DNA of 64,000 nucleotides from an uncultured Bacteroidales bacterium (GTDB taxonomy: Bacteria; Bacteroidota; Bacteroidia; Bacteroidales; VadinHA17). Of the stretch, positions 1 to 8,859 are shown piece after piece. Position numbers and translations under genes: made by a program. The notes under the pieces were generated by a model that saw nothing but the letters and a program-made list of their open reading frames with translations, was not told where the DNA came from and searched no databases. Within the stretch, counting starts at the first letter, position 1, and each line of letters starts with the position of its first letter. The stretch is from positions 1,088,139-1,152,138 of the forward strand of contig CAWGJX010000004.1 of assembly GCA_963823065.1 (NCBI GenBank). The letters run 5' to 3'.

Positions 1-338
1 GGCATTGGAGCTTTGATAGTTTCTTTTTCAATTTTTCCGCGTTTTGAGTCTATTACTTTTTTTCTCTTTAATGAAAAAGGTGTCTCTACAGTAAAAGTAT
101 AACTGATATCATTAAAAAGAATTTCATATTTATTCTGACTGGAGCGAACGATCTCAACAGGATATTTCCGGTTCTTCCATAGGATATACGTACCATATTT
201 TTCATCAGATTTAAGCTTCACTTCGTAATCCCTTTTACCTATCCTGATGGTGTGTTTCAAGGGAAGCGAAAAACTGAATTTTCGATTTTCGGAAGATAAC
301 GCGTATAATTTATTTATGTGAAGTTTATCGTTCGCCAT
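1..338 (-). CDS. biotin carboxyl carrier / biotinyl-domain subunit of acyl-CoA carboxylase (5' part only, runs off the left edge)
   Basis: Minus-strand ATG at 336-338, open to position 1; absent from the ORF track because it has no stop in the window. My translation is MANDKLHINKLY...RGKIEKETIKAPM and ends at the IKAPM entry to a biotinyl/lipoyl domain. It lies 13 nt downstream of the biotin carboxylase gene in the same operon. Confidence 0.5.
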   Translation of the reverse strand, partial: MANDKLHINKLYALSSENRKFSFSLPLKHTIRIGKRDYEVKLKSDEKYGTYILWKNRKYPVEIVRSSQNKYEILFNDISYTFTVETPFSLKRKKVIDSKRGKIEKETIKAPM

Positions 339-351
339 AACAACACCTTGA

Positions 352-1856
352 TTAAAATTGATTTATTCGTTTATTTAATAACCAGGGGCTCATTTCCCTT
401 CCATGTTCAAAATTGACATTTATGCTATCATCATTAAGGTTTTCTTCTATAAAAAGTTTGGTTGCCAGCCATGCTGCAAGCATCTCTTCATATTCACTGT
501 TGAAGTAGTACTTTTCAAGATCTTTTTCAATAAAGGATGTTGTGAAGCTTCCATCCTGGAATTTCTGATGCCTTACCAACATACGAAAGAAAGGAAGCGT
601 TGTTTTGGTACCTTTTATCCACACTTTATCAAGAGCCATTTTGCAATTTTTAATTGCATCCTTCCTGTCTTTGCCTTTTACAATTAACTTTGCTATCATT
701 GAATCATAACTGGCAACTATTGATGATCCTGTCTGTACCCCTGTATCTACACGGATATTAGGGTCGGATGGCATATGCAGACTTTCAATTTTACCAGGAT
801 CAGGAGCAAAGCCAGCCTGCACATCTTCTGCATTTATCCTGCATTCAATTGCCCATCCTTTTAACTTTATGTCTTTTTGTTTGAAGGAGAGTTCTTCGCC
901 GTTGGCAATTCTTATCTGCTGTTCAATCAAATCCAACCCCGTTATAAGCTCTGTTACCGGATGCTCAACCTGTATTCTTGTATTCATTTCCATGAAGTAG
1001 AAATGCTTGTTGGAGTCGAGAAGGAATTCTACCGTACCTGCTGAATGATAGTTTACGGCCCTTGCAATTTCAACTGCCATATCTCCCATTTTTTTCCGGA
1101 GCTTGTCGTCAAGAGCTGCTGACGGCGCTTCTTCAAGAAGCTTCTGATGTTTCCGCTGAATTGAACATTCCCGTTCTCCGAGATGTACTATGTTCCCTTT
1201 AGTGTCTCCAAGAATTTGAAATTCAATATGTTTTGGGTTCTCAATGTATTTTTCGACAAACACTGAGGGGTCGTGGAATGCTGTCTCAGCTTCTTTACTG
1301 GCAATGATAAACATTTTGTCCATCTCATCAGCCTTCCTGACAATCCTCATACCTCTTCCGCCACCGCCTGACGCTGCTTTAATGATAACAGGGTACCCAA
1401 TTTTTTCAGCTATTGCGATGGCTTCTTCCTCATTGGCAATATTACCTTCACTTCCCATCGCCATTGGAATTCCGCTCGTGAGAGCAATCTTCCTGGCAAT
1501 AGTCTTGTTACCCATTTTATAAATTGCTTCTGGGGAGGGGCCTATATAAATAATATTATTATCGAGACATTTCTGGGCGAAATAGGCATTTTCTGCAAGG
1601 AACCCGTACCCGGGGTGAACAGCATTGGCATTCATCTTACCTGCTATTTCAATCAATTTCTCAATGTTAAGAAATATAGGAATTTCTGAAACATCCTCAG
1701 TATTGTCAAATATTACATCTGCTGATGAAAGATACATAGCATTGGGTTCGACAGCTGTTTTTATTGCCACCGTCTCAATTTTCATCAACGGGCAGTTTTT
1801 ATTATTCTTACTGCAATCTCACCTCTGTTTGCAATTAGTATTCTCTTTATCTTCAT
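352..1856 (-). CDS. accC: biotin carboxylase subunit (ATP-grasp), with one frame disruption near 1790
   Basis: ORF 352..1788 carries HPGYGFLAEN, GGGGRGMRIV and EMNTRIQVEHPVTE. The canonical N-terminus MKIKRILIANRGEIAVRIIKTAR is encoded at 1788-1856 in a different frame. Total length is 1505 nt (3n+2), consistent with a 1-nt indel. Confidence 0.9.
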
Positions 1857-1920
1857 TAAATCTGTTTTAATGTTTGAGTATCAATCTTTTATTGGTACCG
1901 GGTGCTGGGTTCTTGTTAAA

Positions 1921-1962
1921 CCAGCAACCAGTAACCAGCAACCAGCACCCAGCAACCAGCAA
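1921..1962. repeat. six tandem degenerate heptamers (CCAGCAA/CCAGTAA/CCAGCAC) abutting the stop codon of the carboxyltransferase gene
   Basis: Read directly as ccagcaa ccagtaa ccagcaa ccagcac ccagcaa ccagcaa. A partly complementary arm, ggtaccgggtgctgggttcttg, lies at 1895-1916. Confidence 0.85.
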
Positions 1963-3519
1963 CTATAGTGGCATATTACCATGTTTCCGGGCAGGCACTT
2001 TTACCCATTTATTATTAAGGGCATTCAGAGCAGATAAGATTTTTTTCCGTGTTACAGCTGGATCTATTACTTCATCGATGTATCCGCTTTCATCAGCAAT
2101 AAAAGGATTTGCAATCTTATCACGGTATTTTTTAACGAGCTCCTTTTTTAGTTCAACAGGATTTTTTGATTCAGCAAGTTCCTTCCTGTACAAAATTGCA
2201 ACTGCTCCGTCGGGTCCCATAACTGCGATTTCTGCCGAAGGCCATGCAAAACTAAAGTCACCGCCAAGATTCTTACTGTTCATTACGATGAACGCTCCGC
2301 CATATGCTTTACGTAGTATTATTGTAATCTTAGGTACAGTGGCTTCACTGTATGCGAAAAGCAATTTAGCCCCATGTCTGATGATTCCGGCATGTTCCTG
2401 ATCTACTCCGGGTAGAAATCCCGGAACATCCTCAAAAGTCAGAACAGGTATATTAAATGCATCACAAAACCTTATAAATCTTGCACCTTTCGTCGATGAA
2501 TCTATGTCGAGAACACCTGCCAGAACTTTAGGCTGATTGGCTACAATGCCAATAGTTTTACCTTTCAACCTGGCAAAACCTGTAACAAGACTTGCTCCAA
2601 ATAGTTCGGACGTTTCAAAAAAACTGTTCCTGTCGACAATCTGGGATATAATATCTTTGACATCGTAAGCTTTATTTGGATCTTCGGGGATAATGTCCCG
2701 AAGTTTTTCATTTACATCGCTTATTGAGCCATCATCACTTACTACTGGTGGGTTTTCAACGTTATTTGACGGAAGGTATGAAAGGAATTTTTTCAGTGCG
2801 AGAATGGTATTTTCCTCATCATCATAGATCATATGGGCAACACCGCTTTTACGGGCATGAACTTCTGCTCCGCCGAGTCCTTCTGATGTTACATCTTCAT
2901 TCAGAACCTCTTTAACAACATTAGGTCCTGTGACAAACATGTAACTTGTATGGTTCACCATAAAGACAAAATCAGTAAGGGCAGGGGAGTAGACAGCGCC
3001 TCCGGCTGCCGGACCCATTATGACTGAGATCTGAGGTATGATACCTGATGAATGAATAATATTCTGAAAGATGGCTGCATAACCGCTAAGACTTGCAACT
3101 CCTTCCTGTATTCTGGCACCTCCAGAATCTATAAGTGCTATTATCGGAGAACCCATTTTCAGTGCCATCTCCTGGATCTTGGCAATCTTTTTTGCATGAA
3201 CAATCCCGAGTGATCCTCCCATTATTGTAAAATCCTGGGCATATGCGAATATCAGCCTTCCATTAACTTTACCATGCCCAACTATGACTCCGTCACCATA
3301 TGCTCTTTCAACCTTCCCAAATTCGACAGGCTGATCTGCAGGGGTAACAAATTGGTCGATCTCTTCAAATGTATTCTTATCAAAAAGGAGATTGATCCGT
3401 TCATGTGCGGTAAGTTTGCCTTTTGAATGTTGCTTTTCAGTTTGCTTGGGGCTATATTGTTTTTCAATTGCCGATTGCCGATCAATAAAGGCTTTATAGT
3501 ACTTACCAGATAAATCCAT
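1963..3519 (-). CDS. acyl-CoA (propionyl-CoA / methylmalonyl-CoA type) carboxyltransferase beta subunit
   Basis: Intact 518-aa ORF with carboxyl-transferase motifs DSGGARIQEG, ANQPKVLAGVLD and RKAYGGA. It sits upstream of accC and BCCP on the same strand. Confidence 0.9.
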   Translation of the reverse strand: MDLSGKYYKAFIDRQSAIEKQYSPKQTEKQHSKGKLTAHERINLLFDKNTFEEIDQFVTPADQPVEFGKVERAYGDGVIVGHGKVNGRLIFAYAQDFTIMGGSLGIVHAKKIAKIQEMALKMGSPIIALIDSGGARIQEGVASLSGYAAIFQNIIHSSGIIPQISVIMGPAAGGAVYSPALTDFVFMVNHTSYMFVTGPNVVKEVLNEDVTSEGLGGAEVHARKSGVAHMIYDDEENTILALKKFLSYLPSNNVENPPVVSDDGSISDVNEKLRDIIPEDPNKAYDVKDIISQIVDRNSFFETSELFGASLVTGFARLKGKTIGIVANQPKVLAGVLDIDSSTKGARFIRFCDAFNIPVLTFEDVPGFLPGVDQEHAGIIRHGAKLLFAYSEATVPKITIILRKAYGGAFIVMNSKNLGGDFSFAWPSAEIAVMGPDGAVAILYRKELAESKNPVELKKELVKKYRDKIANPFIADESGYIDEVIDPAVTRKKILSALNALNNKWVKVPARKHGNMPL

Positions 3520-3773
3520 TCCTCAACTAATTTTAAGGTATCAAAAATAGGCAATATCATGTTAATTACAAAAATCCTTCGACCGCAATACTGTTGAATT
3601 TTGTAACATATTGATATATAATATGATAAGGAGCGATAAATTTCGACTGTTGGTTGCATGGCCAATACTAACCCACCCCTAACCCCTCCGGTGGAGGGGA
3701 ATTGTTTTCAGTAATCCCTGCTTCCTGCTCTATGCCCATTGCCCATTGCCCCATGCTAACCAACTCCTAACGG

Positions 3774-3935
3774 GGCTGTTGAAAAAGTTTAAATCCATTA
3801 ACCGCAAAGGTCGCAAAGAATTTACGCAAAGATCGCAAAGTTCCGATAGCTATCGGAATGAATTATAATGTTTTGACTTTGCGCACTTCGCGCCTCCTTA
3901 GCGTGCTTTGCGGTTAAAAAAGACTTTTTAACAGC
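3774..3935. repeat. about 160-nt imperfect palindromic intergenic element: four CGCAAAG heptamers, an 18-bp perfect palindrome, then four CTTNGCG heptamers
   Basis: Outer inverted repeat ggctgttgaaaaagt (3774-3788) / actttttaacagcc (3922-3935). CGCAAAG at 3803, 3812, 3825 and 3834. Centre TTCCGATAGCTATCGGAA at 3841-3858. CTTTGCG/CTTCGCG/CTTAGCG/CTTTGCG at 3877, 3886, 3897 and 3906. Confidence 0.85.
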
Positions 3936-3976
3936 CACAATTGTTTTATGTCTGTCTCCATACTCCCTTCACCATG

Positions 3977-4591
3977 CTATTTTGGCTTGAATAATCCTTC
4001 GGCTTTTGATCCTATCAGGCCTGCTTTTATAACAATATCACTGGCTGTTTTAAGATTTTTTATCATCTTTTCAGACACAACCGGGTAATGACGGATTTTT
4101 TCCAGCTTATCTCCAATATACTCAAGGTCATCATCGGTTGTTGCCCAGTTAAATTTGTTATAAACAGTGAGGTCAAGCGGAATTGAATACGATCGCAATG
4201 ATTTATACCCGTTCATATTAAAGTAAAAGTCAAAATAGGACATGATGAGTTCACGCAAGTTGCGATATACAGGTTCCCGGTATCTAAGTGTTGTAAAATT
4301 TGATTTACCTATAGAACCCCAATAGCCATCTTTTTTGAACACAGCCAGAACATGATCATCATCATTTTGCGATTTCATATCAACTATGAGTGGTTTATAT
4401 CCGTTAAACTGCAAAGCTGCGGCAGCAAAAAGAGCACCCTCAAAACAATGAGCTGATCTTTTCCTTATAACCCAGCGCGGCGATTTACATTCATATTTAG
4501 GGTTATAATCAAGCGTATCGAGAAAATCCTGAATTTTGTCAGGTCCATTTAATGTTGCCAGAAATTTTACCTCTTCTTTCGTCCAATCCAT
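3977..4591 (-). CDS. hypothetical protein with a possible papain/transglutaminase-like Cys-His core
   Basis: Intact 204-aa ORF. SAHCFEGALFAAAAL places a Cys at the start of a predicted helix, followed by DDDHVLAVF..GYWGSIG. Fold assignment is pattern-based only. Confidence 0.6.
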   Translation of the reverse strand: MDWTKEEVKFLATLNGPDKIQDFLDTLDYNPKYECKSPRWVIRKRSAHCFEGALFAAAALQFNGYKPLIVDMKSQNDDDHVLAVFKKDGYWGSIGKSNFTTLRYREPVYRNLRELIMSYFDFYFNMNGYKSLRSYSIPLDLTVYNKFNWATTDDDLEYIGDKLEKIRHYPVVSEKMIKNLKTASDIVIKAGLIGSKAEGLFKPK

Positions 4592-4826
4592 TACCGTTTC
4601 CCGTTTGTCGTTTGTCGTTTACTTTTCTCCGAAGCTTTCTTTGACCAACGAAGTTTTAGCAAAGTTGGTAGCGTAGGAGGATCATTTTTTGTATCTCTGT
4701 GGTCCTCAGTGTTCTCTGTGGAAGTTCTTTTTTTCTTTCCCGCTTTTCCGATAGCTATCGGAATCGCAGATTATCGCGGATTAAATCCTGCCTCACGCCT
4801 CACGCCTAACTCCTCACGCCTCACTC
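4592..4826. repeat. composite intergenic element holding a second copy of the 18-bp palindrome plus heptamer arrays
   Basis: CGTTTSY heptamers x4 at 4594-4621. CTCTGTGG-type repeats at 4695-4721. TTCCGATAGCTATCGGAA at 4746-4763. CCTCACG/CCTAACT heptamers x6 at 4790-4830. The orientation is inverted relative to the 3774-3935 element. Confidence 0.8.
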
Positions 4827-5922
4827 CTACGTTAAGTTCCTGATAATCTTTTGCATGTCCCCATACTGCTCCTCCATGCTCATTACCAGACTCAACTGTG
4901 CCCTGGTTCGTTGAAGATTATGATATTTATGGTGTATTTTGAAATAATTATCACCGTCAATAAAATCGGTAAGAAAACGTACTGCTATAGTATAGGTAAT
5001 CAGTTTTGGAGCGAATGCAAGATATTCTATTTCAATGTCATTCAGCGTTTTGATAGTTTCAGAAAGATAACCTTCAGCATATGCTTTAAAAAGATTAATA
5101 TCCATTTTAATTTTTGACAGGTCATCCTCATCTTCTGATGCTGTGTTTGCGGCTGTTCTTATTGCATCTCCAAAATCATAATGAATATATCCTGGCATTA
5201 CGGTATCAAGATCAATAACACACAAAGCCTTATTATTCTCATCGAGAAGTATATTATTGAATTTTGTGTCATTATGGGTGATCCTAAGAGGTATTTTGCC
5301 TTCCTTTCCTAAGCGGAGTATTTTTTTCATTTCATCAGTCCTTCTGCTGATCTGATCTATTTCCTGCTTTACTGAGTCAACCCGGCCGACCGGATTTTCT
5401 TTTACTTTTGTGAAAAAAGCCTCAAGTCTTTTTTCAATATCATGGAAACATGGAATTGTCTCAAATAACTGACCTCCCGGCATATCCGATAACATTGCCT
5501 GAAAACGACCTATTGCTTTTCCGCCTTCGAAGGCTTTATCCGGACTATCGACAACATTAAAGGAATGATGTTTGGAAATGAATATATACATCCTCCAATA
5601 GTTTCCGTCTTTATCGACTATCCAGGTTTTACCATCCATGGAAGGGATCAACTGCAGGCATTCTCTTTTAATATCTGAGCCAGGGACAGCGGCTTAGTTT
5701 ATTTCTGAGATGAACGGTGACTCTTTCAATATTATGCTGCAGCTCAGGTATATTTTTAAAGATCCTGTTATTAAGACGCTGGAGTATATAATCATCCTTA
5801 TCCGCCTCAGCTGTCTCAATTCTGAAGGTATCGTGTATATGTCCGCTGCCATATGGTTCTCCTGTTAAAAATGTACCATCAGCTTCGAAATATTCAAATA
5901 TTTCCTTCAGGTTATATGCCAT
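4827..5922 (-). pseudogene. APH-family sugar anomeric kinase (N-acetylhexosamine 1-kinase-like), split by one frameshift near 5650-5700
   Basis: N-terminal ORF 5668..5922 (GSGHIHDTF, ILQRLNNRIF) and C-terminal ORF 4827..5651 (ITHNDTKFNNILLD, VIDLDTV) are in different frames. Combined length of 1096 nt fits a protein of about 365 aa. Confidence 0.7.
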
Positions 5923-5923
5923 A

Positions 5924-7264
5924 TTATTTCCCCGCTTTATGACCGATAAAAGCGTAATACATTATGATTAGATAGGCGGGAACACATATCCAGTAAGCTG
6001 ATTGCGTTGAAAAGGTCACTGCCAGTTTTCCATATAACAAGGGTAACACTGCTCCGCCTGAGATGGCCATAATTATCATTGCTGAAGCTGTTTTTGTGAA
6101 TCTCCCAAGTCCGCTGATTGTCAAGGGCCAGAGTGCCGGCCACATCAGTGAGTTTGCCAGACCCATTAATGCTACAAAAAGAACGGTTAAGGGCAAAATA
6201 AGCTTTAATGGCGAAAAAGAGACAATATCAATAAATGGTATTGTAAAAGTAAAATGGGCAGGTGTTATTATCGCTGCAAGTGCAAAAATTACGCCAAGAA
6301 TTGCACAGATCTTCAAAGCTGTAACCTGCCTGATATATTTTGGGATAAGCATTATTCCCAGAAGATATCCGATTATCATACTAAGTAATGTCAGTGAAGT
6401 GAAATATTTTGCAGAGCTCATAGCTATTCCCAGAGATTGTCCGTATCTGATAATCGTGTCACCGGCAATAACTTCAACTCCCACATAGAAGAAAAATGTA
6501 ATTACCCCGATTATAAGATGTGGAAACTGCCATACACTTGTTTTTTTGAGGTTTGATTCACTGCTGGCTGCATCTTCAGCATCGGTGTCAATTTCAGGAA
6601 GATGGGTAAACCTTAGCAGTAATCCGAGAAGAACAAGGATCACCGCCATAACTACGTACGGAAAAATTACCCGGCTTGCCAGTTCATTCAATAAGACTGC
6701 CCTTGAAGCTGAATCAGCTGCCTGCGCAAGTTTTTGCTCAAGAATATTTGCATCTTTTAATATAATGCTGGCGAGTATAATCGGAGCCAGAACACCGGCA
6801 AATTTATTCGCAATTCCCATTATGCTTATTCTTTTTGCTGCACTTTCGGGTGGACCAATAATGGTAATATACGGATTTGATGCTGTCTGAAGAAGAGCCA
6901 GACCGGTTCCTTCTACAAATAGTCCAAAGAGAAACAGACCGAAGGTCCTTGTCATTGCGGCCGGCACAAATATTAATGCTCCGACTGCCATAATCCATAA
7001 TCCCAGTGACATTCCATTCTTAAACCCCGTCTTCTTCAGTACTGCTGATGAAGGTAAAGCCATGACAAAATAGGAGACATAGAAAGCAAATGTTACGAAA
7101 TATGCTTGAAAATCATTCAATTCGCATGCTGTCCGTAAGAAAGGGATGAGTATCCCGTTCAGCCATGTGACGAATCCAAAGATGAAAAAAAACAGTCCGA
7201 TTATAGAAACTGAGAAGACATAATCTTTTCTGCTGATAGCGTTAGTAGGGTTGACGGTAGTCAT
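5924..7264 (-). CDS. MFS sugar transporter, glucose/galactose (GluP/FucP) family
   Basis: 446-aa polytopic ORF with N-terminal FFIFGFVTWLNGILIPFLR, typical of the GluP/FucP subfamily. It is adjacent to sugar kinases. Confidence 0.8.
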   Translation of the reverse strand: MTTVNPTNAISRKDYVFSVSIIGLFFFIFGFVTWLNGILIPFLRTACELNDFQAYFVTFAFYVSYFVMALPSSAVLKKTGFKNGMSLGLWIMAVGALIFVPAAMTRTFGLFLFGLFVEGTGLALLQTASNPYITIIGPPESAAKRISIMGIANKFAGVLAPIILASIILKDANILEQKLAQAADSASRAVLLNELASRVIFPYVVMAVILVLLGLLLRFTHLPEIDTDAEDAASSESNLKKTSVWQFPHLIIGVITFFFYVGVEVIAGDTIIRYGQSLGIAMSSAKYFTSLTLLSMIIGYLLGIMLIPKYIRQVTALKICAILGVIFALAAIITPAHFTFTIPFIDIVSFSPLKLILPLTVLFVALMGLANSLMWPALWPLTISGLGRFTKTASAMIIMAISGGAVLPLLYGKLAVTFSTQSAYWICVPAYLIIMYYAFIGHKAGK

Positions 7265-7420
7265 AACAATGGATTTAATTTTATTATAGTTCTATACTGA
7301 AGCTTTCAAAACTAATCTTTTTATCTGATGGAAGCAAGAAAAAATAATTTTGTTTTTTTAGTTCAAAAGTTATAGAACTGATTCGGATTTAAAGTAAATT
7401 TGTACAATGTGAATAAGCAA

Positions 7421-7509
7421 GGCATAAGGGCATAAAGGCTTAAGGGCTGAAGGGAAAACCAATTTTAAATTTGGCCTTTAAGCCATTACGCCATTGCGCC
7501 TTTAAGCCT
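7421..7509. repeat. imperfect hairpin element built from 4+4 degenerate octamers (GGCNTAAN / NTTANGCC)
   Basis: Left arm ggcataag ggcataaa ggcttaag ggctgaag (7421-7452). Right arm cctttaagcc attacgcc attgcgcc tttaagcc (7475-7508). It lies 27 nt upstream of the regulator gene, in a divergent promoter region. Confidence 0.8.
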
Positions 7510-7535
7510 TTTTAACAATTAACTATTCAGGAATT

Positions 7536-8012
7536 ATGTCAGTTCAGGAAAAAAGGATACGCGAAACAATAGAGGAAACCGGTAAAGTTTTTGAAAAGTT
7601 TGGTCTTACTCCAATGCAGGGAAGGATTATTTCTTATTTCACTGTCAGTGATCCACCTGAAAAAACCTTTGAAGAGCTGGTAACATATTTTAAAGCCAGC
7701 AAGAGTTCGGTAAGCAATTCATTGAATTTTCTTTTGCAAAATAAACTCATTGATTATAAGACCTTTCCATCTGACAGGAAAAGATACTTTTTTATCACTG
7801 ATTCATTTTTCAGGATATATTTTAAAAGAGTACTTGAGAATGTAGCTGAATTAAAGGAATATGCCTACAGAACAGTCTCGATGCGTTCCCCTGAATATCC
7901 ACTGGCCAGTGAGAAGATTCTCAAATGGATAGAGAATGCTAACAAATTCCAGGAATCTCTTGAAAATACGATAGAAATAATCCGGAACGAAAAATCCGGA
8001 ACTGAATATTAG
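7536..8012 (+). CDS. MarR/GbsR-like winged-helix transcriptional regulator
   Basis: 158-aa ORF whose central FEELVTYFKASKSSVSNSLNFLLQNKLIDY has a helix-turn-helix pattern. It is divergent from the MFS transporter. Confidence 0.6.
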   Translation: MSVQEKRIRETIEETGKVFEKFGLTPMQGRIISYFTVSDPPEKTFEELVTYFKASKSSVSNSLNFLLQNKLIDYKTFPSDRKRYFFITDSFFRIYFKRVLENVAELKEYAYRTVSMRSPEYPLASEKILKWIENANKFQESLENTIEIIRNEKSGTEY

Positions 8013-8626
8013 GAGCGGTTATTTTTACCCGAAATTTTTCTCGATTTCATTCCAAGATATCCACCGTGATGTCTTTTGGCATAATCATCGGCATTAAATT
8101 TGATTTTTGTCATCAGGAGCACAACAAGTGCATCACCTATAACTGTCATCATTGTTGTTGAAGTAGTAGGAGTAAGACCAAGAATACATACCTCTTCAGG
8201 TGCACCGGTAAGTATAAAACAATCAGCTTTTTGTGCCAGAGGGCTGTTGTTATTGCCGGTTATAACAATAACAGGCACCTGTGGATAAAGATTATTTTTC
8301 AAATCAATGAGTTCGATGATCTCCCTTGTTTTTCCGGAATTGGAAATTGCAAGAAGAACATCATTTTCCTGTAGAATTCCAAGGTCACCATGCTGGGCTT
8401 CACTTGGATGAAGAAAGATTGAAGGTGTTCCGGTTGAACTAAATGTAGTTGCTATATTGTGAGCTATCTGTCCTGCTTTTCCCATACCGCTTGTTACCAG
8501 TTTTCCGTTTTTTTCATGAACATGCCTGTAGATGATATCAACTGCGGTTTCAAAACTCTCAGTTACAGGAATGTTTTCAATGGCATTTGCCTCTTTTCTA
8601 AATATTTCCCTGACTTTTTCCATCAT
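8009..8626 (-). CDS. SIS-domain sugar-phosphate isomerase/binding protein (KpsF/GutQ-like SIS core, no CBS pair)
   Basis: 205-aa ORF with GKLVTSGMGKAGQIA and LLAISNSGKTREI, typical SIS motifs. Confidence 0.75.
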   Translation of the reverse strand: MMEKVREIFRKEANAIENIPVTESFETAVDIIYRHVHEKNGKLVTSGMGKAGQIAHNIATTFSSTGTPSIFLHPSEAQHGDLGILQENDVLLAISNSGKTREIIELIDLKNNLYPQVPVIVITGNNNSPLAQKADCFILTGAPEEVCILGLTPTTSTTMMTVIGDALVVLLMTKIKFNADDYAKRHHGGYLGMKSRKISGKNNRS

Positions 8627-8700
8627 ATCTTTAATAAACTTAGGCCAAAGTTATTAAAAATAATCACCGACCGACAGAGGCATTTAAAAAAAGGAGTAAT

Positions 8701-8783
8701 GGCATAAAGACGCAAATGCTTAAAAGTATGTTGCCCTTTGTGTCCTTTGTGCCTGCTTTGTGTTCTTTGTGGTTAATGGATTT
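8701..8783. repeat. intergenic element of the same family: GGCATAAAG-type octamers plus four CTTTGTG repeats and the conserved 13-mer
   Basis: The reverse complement of 8734-8783 reads AAATCCATTAACC-ACAAAG-AACACAAAG-CAGGCACAAAG-GACACAAAG. The same 13-mer AAATCCATTAACC occurs at 3791-3803, there followed by four CGCAAAG. Confidence 0.8.
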
Positions 8784-8859
8784 CCTGTTTTTTGAAGGAT
8801 TCAGCTTACCGAGAAAGATTTAAAGCTACTTTTGTATTGAATCATCAACTTCGTAAAGG

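Noticed and set aside
1921-4830. The short tandem repeats (CCAGCAA x6, CGCAAAG x4, CCTCACG x6 and others) as CRISPR arrays
   Set aside because: The repeat period is only 7-13 nt, with no 25-40-nt unique spacers. The units are degenerate and arranged as complementary hairpin arms, and no cas genes are present in the window.
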